Origin: Gemmatimonadota bacterium
GTDB taxonomy: Bacteria > Gemmatimonadota > Gemmatimonadetes > Gemmatimonadales > GWC2-71-9
Length of the DNA stretch: 54,809 nt
Direction: 5' to 3'
NCBI GenBank assembly: GCA_039586365.1
Contig: JBDHKN010000027.1
Coordinates: forward strand, 1 to 54,809
The notes below the pieces were generated by a model, which had not been told where the DNA came from, did not search any database, and was given only the letters and a program-made list of their open reading frames with translations. Position numbers and translations under genes: made by a program. Shown here piece after piece: positions 1-8,476 of this stretch. Numbering within the stretch: position 1 is the stretch's first letter; the number at the start of each line of letters is the position of its first letter.

Positions 1-1
1 C

Positions 2-409
2 TTCGTAGAGATCTGGAAGACTGCAAGGGACGGGGGGATCAGACTGGCGGGATTCGCAGACCCCAACTATGAGTCGCTGGAGACGTTGTTGGCACACGTT
101 CTGTGGTGGGCCCGCGACTACATGATCTGGGCGTGCGACAGGCTCGGGGCACCGGATCCCGAGATCAGCTCGGTACCGGAACTGCACGCGATTGAGGTCG
201 AACTCGATGCCTACCTGGAGCATCTGTTGGAGCGCTGGAGGGCCCCGCTGTGTGACGTACCGGAAGAGCCGTTCTTCGGGCCGCAACACACTACGAGATG
301 GGGCACTGAGCTACCGATCGAAGCTCTACTGGAGCATGCTGTAGTGCATCCGATGCGACATCGCCTTCAGCTCCTCGAGATCCTGGAGCACGCGAATCAC
401 GCAGAGTGA
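2..409 (+). CDS. DinB/YfiT-like protein, 5' end outside the window
   Basis: Frame is open from base 2 (FVEIWKTARDGG...DPNYESLETLLAHV). The C-terminal 'EALLEHAVVHPMRHRLQL' HxxxH motif is typical of the DinB four-helix superfamily. Confidence 0.6.
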   Translation, partial: FVEIWKTARDGGIRLAGFADPNYESLETLLAHVLWWARDYMIWACDRLGAPDPEISSVPELHAIEVELDAYLEHLLERWRAPLCDVPEEPFFGPQHTTRWGTELPIEALLEHAVVHPMRHRLQLLEILEHANHAE

Positions 410-439
410 ACTGCGACTTGTGAGAGACAGGAGAGAACG

Positions 440-715
440 TTGATAACCGGCTATCAGAAGCGAGCATACGACGAGTTCTACGACTCGGCACGGAACACCA
501 AGATTCTGGAGCCAAAGACCACGCTGATGCTCCATCTGGCCGCCGCCATGGCACTGGGCTGCTATCCCTGAATGGAGCACTACCTTGGCGTGGCCAAGGA
601 AGAGGGCATAACACAGCGCGAGTTGGGAGCCGTGCAGGCGGTGGTCATGGCCGTATCGGCGGGACGCATCAACGCGCAGGTGCGCGATGTGATGGCGAGA
701 GCGAGCCGGGGCTGA
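440..715 (+). CDS. AhpD/carboxymuconolactone decarboxylase-family selenoprotein (91 aa, CxxU)
   Basis: AGGAG at 429-433, TTG start at 440. Translation: MITGYQKRAYDEFYDSARNTKILEPKTTLMLHLAAAMALGCYP-[TGA 569-571]-MEHYLGVAKEEGITQRELGAVQAVVMAVSAGRINAQVRDVMARASRG*. The CMD pattern (L.PKT..L..LA.A.A.GC..C...H...A...G.T..E) continues across the TGA. Confidence 0.85.
572..599 (+). promoter_or_regulatory. Putative bacterial SECIS element
   Basis: Perfect stem CCTTGGC (583-589) / GCCAAGG (593-599) with a GTG loop. The loop starts 18 nt after the in-frame TGA and begins with G, as in bacterial SECIS models. Confidence 0.7.
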
Positions 716-910
716 GGGGCCGCTGGCCCAAGAAGAGGTGAGGAGCACAAACATGAGCGCGCTGCTTACGGGTGTTCAGCCTGCAAGGGGGCATGAAGCG
801 GTGGCAGCACTGTACGGCCGCGCAAGAGCGCCGTGCGGCGGGTTGCTGTAGCATCACTTCGCTCCCAGCCTGCGGCTGCTGACAGTCAGCGACGGGAAGG
901 TAGGTTGGAT

Positions 911-1288
911 ATGCTGGCAACGATAATGCTCTATACTGGCTCGGTCGTCATCACTTTGTGGGGCATCGCGCACATTGTCCCAACCAAGTCGGTGATCGCA
1001 GGATTCGAGCCCTTGACCGCGGACAACCGCCGGATTCTGACCATGGAGTGGGTGTCCGAGGGGCTCACCCTCTGTTTCATCGGAGTGTTGGCTTTCTGCG
1101 TGACGGCCATGGTTCCACGCGATTCAGCTGGGTCGCTGCTCGCGTTGCGCGGATGTGCCGTAATGCTGCTGGTTATGGCCTTCTGGACGCTCGTCACCGG
1201 GGGGAGGACGTCTGTTGTGCAGTTCAAGGTATGTCCGATTGTGAAGACGGCTGTGGCCGTGTTGTTGCTGGCGGGCAGTGTGGTCTGA
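911..1288 (+). CDS. Small integral membrane protein, about 4 TM helices
   Basis: ATG at 911 after purine-rich GGAAGG. Four hydrophobic segments. Confidence 0.75.
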   Translation: MLATIMLYTGSVVITLWGIAHIVPTKSVIAGFEPLTADNRRILTMEWVSEGLTLCFIGVLAFCVTAMVPRDSAGSLLALRGCAVMLLVMAFWTLVTGGRTSVVQFKVCPIVKTAVAVLLLAGSVV

Positions 1289-1479
1289 GGAGCTGGCGCG
1301 GTGGCGCTGGTTGGATCCGACGAGCCGCCAGCCTACCGCTGGATCATCGGACCACTTCCATATCGTACCGGTGAACTGGCCGCACGTTCTTCTTTGATTC
1401 TGCCTCGCTCGGTCTTGTGTCCGTACGAGGTCGTGGGCCAGTTAGTGGAGGTCACGGCGAACGGCTGGATCGCCAGAAG

Positions 1480-2901
1480 TCAGTGGGTATAGTCCTCCCG
1501 ATCCGCAGCCTTGCCGTTCACCAGAATCGCGCGCGAAAGCATGTCGTGCACGCCCCCGACCTCGATCTCCTCCTTGTGATGTTCCATTAGCTGCGTCAGC
1601 TGACGTTTGCAGTTGGAACAGGCGGTGGCCACGTATGTGGCGCCGGTGATGCGGATCTGCTCGAGCTTCTTCTTGCCTGATATCTCCATGCGGAAACCCT
1701 TGATGTCGTCCATTGCCGACAGCCCGCCCCCGCCTCCGCAACACCAGTTGTCCGACCGGTTGGGGTGCATCTCGCGGAAGTCAGCACAGGAGGCCTTGAG
1801 AATGGTACGTGGCTCCTCGGTGATGCCGCAGGAGCGGCCGAAGTTGCAGGGGTCATGATAAGTGACCGGTTGGTCATTCTTGGACTTGTCGAATTGCAGC
1901 TCACCGGCCTCGATGCGTTGGGCGGTCCACTGCATACAGTTGGTGATTTCGAATGGCAGGTCACCCCACCAGCCGGCCTTCTCCATCATCATCTTCATGA
2001 TCCGATGTGCGTGGCCGCACTCACCCATCAGCAAAACCTTGGCGCCGAGCTGCTCCGTTTCCTCGACGTACCGTCGGTTGTCGGCCTTCATGTCGGCGTC
2101 GTTGCCAGTGAAGAGCCCATAGTTGGCGCCGTCGAAGCACTTCGAGCTCATGGTCCACTTGTCTTCCATGCCGAGCACGTGGAACACCTTGGCGATTCCC
2201 ATGGTGGCTTCAGGATTGACCAGCACGTCACCCGACGGCGGCACGTAGAAGTAGTCGGCGCCCTTCTGATCGACTGGGATCTTGATGTCGGTGCCGTGCT
2301 CGTCCCGCATCTCCTCTTCCAGGAAGTCGATTGCGTCCCGGAAGGCGGCTTCGCCAGCCCCGTCCGTGTTGCCCGTCTCCAGCGAGATCTGAACCACTTT
2401 CGCCATGGTGTCCGGGGTCAGGCCGAGTTTGTCGACGATTGCTCGACCTTTGCGGGTGATGACCGAGTGGTCGATGCCAAAGGGACAGTAGACGGCGCAG
2501 CGACGGCAACCGGTGCACTCGTAGAATACTTCTCTCCACAGCATTATCTCGTCGGGGTCGAAGTCCTGAGCTCCGGCGAGACCGCCGAAGAGGCGGCCCG
2601 ACAAGGTGGTGTGCCCGTTGTAGACACGCCGTATCAAATCGGTCCTTTTGGCGGGATTGTACCGCGCCTCTGGCTTGCCGTAGTAGACGGGGCAGACGGA
2701 CGCGCACGTGCCGCACTTGACGCACATCTCCATGTACATCCGCATGGCTCTGGGGCCGTCCTTCATTGCCTTTACGGCGTCTACCACGGTCTGCTTGGTC
2801 TCCGCTGGTTGAAGCTCCTGCGAGTCTCCAGCGGGCGAGCCGGACACTGGCCTCTTCACGACAGTTTCACTGCGTTTGGCGTTCAACTCGATGTTGGACA
2901 T
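1480..2901 (-). CDS. dsrK: DsrK-like heterodisulfide-reductase-related Fe-S protein (HdrD/CCG family)
   Basis: Two ferredoxin motifs (CVKCGTCASVCP, CTGCRRCAVYCP), GECGHA, YHDPCN, CCGGGGG and TACSNC of the CCG domain. Directly downstream of a dsrM-like gene. Confidence 0.85.
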   Translation of the reverse strand: MSNIELNAKRSETVVKRPVSGSPAGDSQELQPAETKQTVVDAVKAMKDGPRAMRMYMEMCVKCGTCASVCPVYYGKPEARYNPAKRTDLIRRVYNGHTTLSGRLFGGLAGAQDFDPDEIMLWREVFYECTGCRRCAVYCPFGIDHSVITRKGRAIVDKLGLTPDTMAKVVQISLETGNTDGAGEAAFRDAIDFLEEEMRDEHGTDIKIPVDQKGADYFYVPPSGDVLVNPEATMGIAKVFHVLGMEDKWTMSSKCFDGANYGLFTGNDADMKADNRRYVEETEQLGAKVLLMGECGHAHRIMKMMMEKAGWWGDLPFEITNCMQWTAQRIEAGELQFDKSKNDQPVTYHDPCNFGRSCGITEEPRTILKASCADFREMHPNRSDNWCCGGGGGLSAMDDIKGFRMEISGKKKLEQIRITGATYVATACSNCKRQLTQLMEHHKEEIEVGGVHDMLSRAILVNGKAADREDYTH

Positions 2902-2940
2902 CGCGGTCTCCCCTATGTGACTGGGCGGTGTGACTCCGCC

Positions 2941-3660
2941 TCAATGCTTTCGAACCAGCTGGTGGGTTAAGAAGATCCCCCCGAAATGGAGGATCTTGCT
3001 GAACGGGATGTAGATCATCAGCAGCAACGCCAGGCCCAGGTGGACGAGGAACACCTCGTTTTCCAGGGCGGCGGCACCGCTGACACTGCCGAACGTGGCA
3101 AGGGTGGCGAAGTAGTCCCGTGTGAGGGTCAGGTCGAAATGCTCCGGCCCGAACCGCATGATGTTCCCGGTGATCAGAATCGCGCCGATGAGCAGCAGGG
3201 CGAAGTAGTCGCCGTAGCTCGTGATCTCCCGCACACGCTGTATCACCAACCTGCGGAACAGAAGGCACAGCGCGGTCACGAGCACAACCACGCCAGCCGC
3301 ACCTCCCACGCCGCCCGACATGAGCTGTATGCCCGCCTCGGACATGCCCGCGCTGACGAGCACTCCGTCGACGTTCGCGAACACGCGTAGATGCCCGACG
3401 AAGATCAGCCCCAGCACTACGTGGAATGCCCAGGCAAACGCCCACAGGAGACGATCGCCTCGGAACAGGCTCTTGAAGAGGGTCACTTCTTTGAGCGTAT
3501 TGACGGTATTGGCGCGGTCCGTTTCTGGTGCTGGAAAGAGAGTTATCGATGGGGACGGGAGTCTCTTCCACACGTAGATGCGGTGGATCATGGCGACCAC
3601 GAACACTGTCACCGCAATGTATGGCAGAATGCCGCCCACTATGAGTCTCACGACATCCAT
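2941..3660 (-). CDS. dsrM: DsrM-like di-haem cytochrome b (NarI family)
   Basis: Multi-TM protein with haem-ligand histidines in FHVVLGLIFVGHLR and VHLGLALLLMIYIPFSKILHF, plus VREITSYGDYFALLLI. SD GAAAGGA precedes the ATG at 3660. Confidence 0.85.
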   Translation of the reverse strand: MDVVRLIVGGILPYIAVTVFVVAMIHRIYVWKRLPSPSITLFPAPETDRANTVNTLKEVTLFKSLFRGDRLLWAFAWAFHVVLGLIFVGHLRVFANVDGVLVSAGMSEAGIQLMSGGVGGAAGVVVLVTALCLLFRRLVIQRVREITSYGDYFALLLIGAILITGNIMRFGPEHFDLTLTRDYFATLATFGSVSGAAALENEVFLVHLGLALLLMIYIPFSKILHFGGIFLTHQLVRKH

Positions 3661-3735
3661 GATGTTCTTCCTTTCAGCGATGTTAGCCGCGGGACTGAGC
3701 GGCCATACTGACAACCGTGCTGCAAAGTGGGATTC

Positions 3736-4905
3736 TCACCCGCAGCCGGGTGGACGTGGCAGCCCTGCGAGGCGATACGCCCCCTTCACCATTCCACAGG
3801 GGAACAGGCGACAGATGTCGGCTGATGTGAGTCCCGTTTCCTTGTGTACCTTCACCACTGGCGGGCCTTTGCCGTAGGTTCGGTAGTACTCCTGTACATA
3901 CTCGATCACCTTCCAGTGTTCGTCCGTGAGCGGGCCGATTTCGTGCTCCACTGCGAGGGTCTCAGCGGACGAGCGGGTCCAACTCGACATCGTATCGAGG
4001 AATCCGTCGTCATTGAGCTTGGCTCCGTCAGCGGTCTTTACTCCCGCGCTCGTTCCAGCCCTTTGCACTTGCATCATGGGTCTTCCCCTTGTCGGGCGTA
4101 TGTCCCAGTTGTCGAACCCCTCCAGCAACACCATCTCCACAGGGAAACTCTCTATCGTCGCAGCGATCTCACGCAGACCAAACGGCTTCTCGATCAGGCG
4201 AACGAATCGTCTGATCGTCCCATCTCCCAGCGAGTGCGCCGCTCCACTCGCCACTGCCAGTACGATCTTCAATCCCGGCAGTCTGGGGTCATTGCTGATG
4301 CTGTTGAGAAGATCTCCGTTGCCGGAGGTGATGACATCCTCATCGACCACCGCAAAGGCCGGTGGGAAGGTCTCGACGACAGCCGAGGCCTCGTACGCAT
4401 TGCGAGCGAACCGCAGTGCGATACTCTCACTTGCGGTTCCTGCCAGATGTTGGACCGTACCTCGGTCGGACGTCACGATGAGCACGTTGGTGGGCAGGTC
4501 CATCACACGCCGGTAGTACGCGCAGCTGTCACAGGAGGCCGGGCAAAGCCGGGGCGCGTCGCCGAACGCGGGATCCAGTTTGGCAAACCGAAAACACCAC
4601 GCTGCCCGTACTGCGTAGACGACGCAATTGGTGCAGTCCTCCCGGGGCGTTTCCCCCTCCGCCATGTACTCCCAGCACCGCAGCGGTCGCCGGTGATCAT
4701 CCGCGGTTGAGAGACGAACGTCAGAGTCTTGCTCGGGGGGGCGCAGAGACTCCAACTCCTCTCGCCTGATGCGGTAGTGCCCGCCGGCAGTGCGGACTCC
4801 CTCCAAGCGTCCCTTCCTTATCCAGTTCAGGACGGTCGCGGGTGTGACGGCGCAGAGTTCAGCTGCCTGACCGGTCGTGAGCCAGCTACGTTCCCTTTGT
4901 TTCAT
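3736..4905 (-). CDS. Excisionase/MerR-type HTH regulator + 7-Cys domain + receiver-like domain + C-terminal DsrC/TusE domain
   Basis: HTH: LTTGQAAELCAVTPATVLNWIRKGRL..RTAGGHYRI. Cys cluster follows. REC-like: VLIV...AVVDED...IEKPF. DsrC-like: LNDDGFL..MSSW...LTDEHWKVIEYVQEYY...LFPCG..KGAYRLAGLPRPPGCG. Confidence 0.85.
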   Translation of the reverse strand: MKQRERSWLTTGQAAELCAVTPATVLNWIRKGRLEGVRTAGGHYRIRREELESLRPPEQDSDVRLSTADDHRRPLRCWEYMAEGETPREDCTNCVVYAVRAAWCFRFAKLDPAFGDAPRLCPASCDSCAYYRRVMDLPTNVLIVTSDRGTVQHLAGTASESIALRFARNAYEASAVVETFPPAFAVVDEDVITSGNGDLLNSISNDPRLPGLKIVLAVASGAAHSLGDGTIRRFVRLIEKPFGLREIAATIESFPVEMVLLEGFDNWDIRPTRGRPMMQVQRAGTSAGVKTADGAKLNDDGFLDTMSSWTRSSAETLAVEHEIGPLTDEHWKVIEYVQEYYRTYGKGPPVVKVHKETGLTSADICRLFPCGMVKGAYRLAGLPRPPGCG

Positions 4906-4959
4906 AGCCCCGTACGGCTTTTATGGAAGCAGCGTTGGCAGATTGGAGACTGAATGCAT

Positions 4960-4987
4960 AAATTACCTACGTGTGACCGAGTGTCAA
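4960..4987 (-). promoter_or_regulatory. sigma70-like promoter for the regulator-dsrMK arm
   Basis: Minus strand reads TTGACA (4987-4982), 16 nt, TAATTT (4965-4960). Confidence 0.6.
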
Positions 4988-5008
4988 TACTCACAAACGT
5001 CGATAATC

Positions 5009-5022
5009 CATACGTTCGTATG
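5009..5022. promoter_or_regulatory. Palindromic candidate operator between the divergent promoters
   Basis: CATACG-TT-CGTATG, near the midpoint between the two -35 hexamers. Confidence 0.45.
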
Positions 5023-5037
5023 TCATTTTAGTGAACC

Positions 5038-5066
5038 TTGACACTAATGCCGTGCTCCTGTATGGT
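5038..5066 (+). promoter_or_regulatory. sigma70-like promoter for the right arm
   Basis: TTGACA (5038-5043), 17 nt, TATGGT (5061-5066). Confidence 0.65.
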
Positions 5067-5124
5067 TTATGTCAGCGATTTATGCATATATTCGTTTTGA
5101 TTGTATTCGATTTATAAGAGAATT

Positions 5125-5919
5125 ATGGATTCTGAGCTGCTCACGACCGGAGAGGTCGCCCGGCTTTGCGGCGTAACGCCAGATGCCGTCTTGAAGTGGA
5201 TCAAGCGAGGAAAGCTGCCTGCCACTCGTACACCCGGAGGGCACTACCGGGTATCGAGGGCGACGTGCGTTGCCCTGGGGGTGTGCGACCCGGGCAGCGG
5301 GGGGACTGGAGCGGCGGCCGTGGCTGAGCCGACCGAGTCTCATGCAGTGGGCCGTTGTTGGGAGTACTTCGGCCATGGGGGAACACCAAGGGACGAGTGC
5401 CGCAGCTGCGTGGTGTATTTGGCGAGGGCGCAGAACTGCTACCGGCTGGCAGAGCTGGGGGAGGGGGCCGGACACAGGCTCAACTTCTGCGCCACCGAGT
5501 GCGCGGATTGCGCGTTCTACCGGTACCAGCGTGGCATGGCGGCGTCGGTGCTGATCGTAACACGTGACGAGGCACTCGCCCGCAGGATCGTGAAGCGTTC
5601 CGACTCTAGCAAGATCTCCGTGCGGTTCGCCAAGTCCGGATACGAGTGCGCCACCGTTATTGGGACGCTACGCCCGGCCTTGATCGTGATGGATAGCGAT
5701 TTGCCGGAAGTGAGGGAGGGCAGCCTACCCGAGTCAATCATGGGGGATGACCGTGTTCCCGGAGTGGCGGTGTTCGTGGCGTGCAGAGAGGGGGACGAGG
5801 CAGCGATTGACCAGATCGACGTCCCCAGCATCGGAGCCCCGTTCACGGCGAAGCAGATCGAGCAACTGGCAGAGAGGGTGGCCAACTCGGCCCGTCGGGT
5901 GCCCCGCGACGTCGCATAG
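5125..5919 (+). CDS. Excisionase/MerR-type HTH regulator + 7-Cys domain + degenerate receiver (paralog of 3736-4905)
   Basis: LLTTGEVARLCGVTPDAVLKWIKRGKL..RTPGGHYRV. Cys spacing is identical to the paralog. REC-like VLIV...IVMDSD...GAPF lacks the conserved Lys. Confidence 0.85.
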   Translation: MDSELLTTGEVARLCGVTPDAVLKWIKRGKLPATRTPGGHYRVSRATCVALGVCDPGSGGTGAAAVAEPTESHAVGRCWEYFGHGGTPRDECRSCVVYLARAQNCYRLAELGEGAGHRLNFCATECADCAFYRYQRGMAASVLIVTRDEALARRIVKRSDSSKISVRFAKSGYECATVIGTLRPALIVMDSDLPEVREGSLPESIMGDDRVPGVAVFVACREGDEAAIDQIDVPSIGAPFTAKQIEQLAERVANSARRVPRDVA

Positions 5920-6065
5920 CCGGTCAAGGTGCCGGTTGGGGAGTGCTGGTCCTTGGAACGCCTGCGCAGTGCCGGCCCCGCCGACCCTGTCTCTGGTATG
6001 CGGCGTTGCGCTGATGTCAGAGCTGCCGCAGAACCAGCTACCGACCCTGTGAGGATTGGTGACAG

Positions 6066-6713
6066 ATGAGCGCCGTCGCCTTCAAAGGCAAGACATATGA
6101 GCTGGATGATCATGGCTTCTTGGACCCGCCGGATCAGTGGGACGACAACTTCGCCGAGGGAATGGCCAAGTTGGTGGGAGTCACGTCCGGCCTCACCGAC
6201 CGGCACTGGCACTTCATACTCTATCTCAGGCGCAAGTTCCTCGAGGAGCGCACTGTTCCAGTACTGGTGCTAGCCTGTGCCGACAATGGGTTGCGGCTGT
6301 CGGAGCTGCGCTCGCTCTTTCCCACTGGATACCACAGAGGGGCGTGCAAGATCGCCGGCATCAACTACCAGTTCATGTACGAGACCAACTACTGGCTCAC
6401 CTACGAGACTGCACCGCCGGCGAAGGCCCGCTACAAGCTGGACCAGCTCGGTTTCTTGCAGGATTTCGAGCAGTGGGACGAGGACTTCGTGGAGCTGGCC
6501 TTGGAACAGCGACAGCCTCCGACCGCTCCCGCAGCAAGGCACATGCAGGTCGTGCGGTACCTGCGTGACTACTACGCGGTTCACCGTACCATCCCGACCG
6601 TCTTTGAAACGTGCAGCGCCAACGAGTTGAACCTCGACGAACTGCGCTATCTGTTCCCCGCCGGATATCGCAGGGGCGCGTGCAGAATAGCAGGGCTACC
6701 CTTCTTCGGCTGA
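6066..6713 (+). CDS. Tandem DsrC/TusE-domain protein
   Basis: Two repeats: LDDHGFL..PDQW...LTDRHWHFILYLR...LFPTGYHRGACKIAG and LDQLGFL..FEQW...RHMQVVRYLRDYY...LFPAGYRRGACRIAGLP. Confidence 0.85.
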   Translation: MSAVAFKGKTYELDDHGFLDPPDQWDDNFAEGMAKLVGVTSGLTDRHWHFILYLRRKFLEERTVPVLVLACADNGLRLSELRSLFPTGYHRGACKIAGINYQFMYETNYWLTYETAPPAKARYKLDQLGFLQDFEQWDEDFVELALEQRQPPTAPAARHMQVVRYLRDYYAVHRTIPTVFETCSANELNLDELRYLFPAGYRRGACRIAGLPFFG

Positions 6714-7682
6714 GTAGCTCACGTCGGTGACACACGCTCCATACCGAGTGGTCCGCGAGGTCCGTAACAAGCTGCCCACCGGACGCAAGGATGGTCGCAG
6801 AGCCGGCTGATGCAGTACCTGCAGGTCGCCACAACCCACCGTGTGTCTACATCACGCTCGCCATGGAAAACACAACGTGCCACACCGCGTCGGACCAGAA
6901 ATGGACCCCAATCGCCGTAACGAGGCCCTTACCCTATCGTTATGTGAGCTTAGCCACTTTCCGTTGGGACGCGAAGCGACGAGTTCAAAACCGCGGCTAA
7001 CGGTTGGTATAACTCCTGTCAGCCAGACGTGTCATGTGTGGTTTCGCAGGACACGTAGTCGTGAACACGCAGAGTTCGCCGGACACCAGTCAGCGATACC
7101 AAGAGGACTGCACAACGCTTAGCGCTCGTGCTACTCGTCTTCGCAGCACTGACGGTTGTCAGCGCCCAGGATATGGCGCAGCAGAGCGCTGATGAGCTGC
7201 TGGAGCGGTGTGCAGGTTGAGAAGTGCACTCGGTGCCGCTCCCGGCACCCAGGAGCGGACCGCCGATCGTGGTCGGGCGCGTCGAGGCGTCCGGATTCGA
7301 AACGAGGGATCCCAAAAACGAACAACCGGAAGGCAGGCCGTGGCCAACGGGAGTCTCCGAAGTTCCCTTGACACAATGGATTACATGACTATCCCCCATA
7401 GGCACGCAAACTGCTTATTGGCGGTTTGATCGATTGCATCCCGGAAGGGCGAAATGCGTGGACTCATTCCCAGCACCATTCTGATCTTCGGCCTTGGCTC
7501 GCGGCTGTTCCTGGGCGAGGGAACTGCAGGCATCCGGCAGATAGTGGATCGGGTTGTGATCGTTCACATGGCCCGCGACGACGCTGACCGCAGCTGTGGG
7601 GCGGACGGACTGTGCATCGCCCGCACAGTGCGGCCGGAGCTGGCACGCTGGCAGGTCACCCAGCGCCGCCAGCTGTCACTGC

Positions 7683-7756
7683 GACAACACGATCGGCTAT
7701 CTCATCGGGAACGGCGCGTGACAACACGATCGTCTATCTCATCGGGAACGGCGCGT
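7683..7756 (+). repeat. 37-bp tandem duplication with one mismatch
   Basis: GACAACACGATCG(G/T)CTATCTCATCGGGAACGGCGCGT at 7683-7719 and 7720-7756. Confidence 0.9.
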
Positions 7757-8476
7757 TTGTCACGGGTCCGGCAAGCGGCAGACGGTTGTATTCCTACGGC
7801 AGCGGCAACCAGGACCGCAGACCCGGGGGTCTAGCATACTGGGTGAGGAGATTACGCGGGCCGCGCGCGGCTTGCGACAAAGATGATCGGCGCGTAGGGC
7901 ACTCCTGCCGCCAGGCAGGGAGCTCGTCAGGGAGGGGACGAGCAGGATCACGCCACGCCTGGCCCTACGCGCCAGGGCTGTCAGGGTAGCCCCGACTTGC
8001 CCCGAGCGTCATGCAGCGTTCGGGGCTTCGCTGTGTTGCACGGTCCAGGCCCCGTCGCCGAGCCAAGCCTCGCATCAACGACCTTGCCTAGACACGTTCT
8101 TCACGTCGCGCCTTGCTGGCTCGCAACGCGGCCTCCAGCGGTCACGACCGCAGGCAGATCGTCACCCACGGCTGAGGTCGTGTCGCAGGTGACATGCGCG
8201 GCACACTACGGCGCGTAGCTCGGGATCGGTGATTGCTGTGCGATTCATGTCGTGTGCGAAGCTGTGCCGCTGCTGAGGCTGAGCAGTGATGGTGCCGGCA
8301 AAGGTGCGTGCCCACTTCTGGCCAGGGTTCAAGCCTACCTTTACCTTAAGGGCAGCTGTCGCAAGCCGTCGCGACACCGTAGCCCCGGCCCGGAACCGCG
8401 ACTCAACTGAATATCCGGGGTTGCGGGGCCCGAATGCCGGACAGAGGATTGTCAGGGACCACTGGAGACGCCTAAC

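Noticed and set aside
753..851. 32-aa ORF with a strong GAGGAG SD after the selenoprotein gene
   Set aside because: No recognisable motif. It may be real or a remnant, but I cannot support it.
1765..2970. Long antisense ORFs (also 3844-4710, 24900-26012 and others)
   Set aside because: Shadow frames of well-supported genes on the opposite strand, expected in GC-rich DNA.
3736..5919. Excisionase-like HTH genes as evidence of a prophage or ICE
   Set aside because: The HTH domains are fused to sensor domains, and there is no integrase, att site or phage gene in the window.
6711..6770. Sec readthrough of the tandem-DsrC TGA (G-U-V would mimic the DsrC G-C-V end)
   Set aside because: Spacing would be C-x9-U rather than x10, the product would run on 17 unrelated residues, and no convincing SECIS hairpin lies at the right distance.
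7683..7756. 37-bp repeat as a CRISPR array
   Set aside because: Only two directly adjacent copies, with no spacer and no cas genes.
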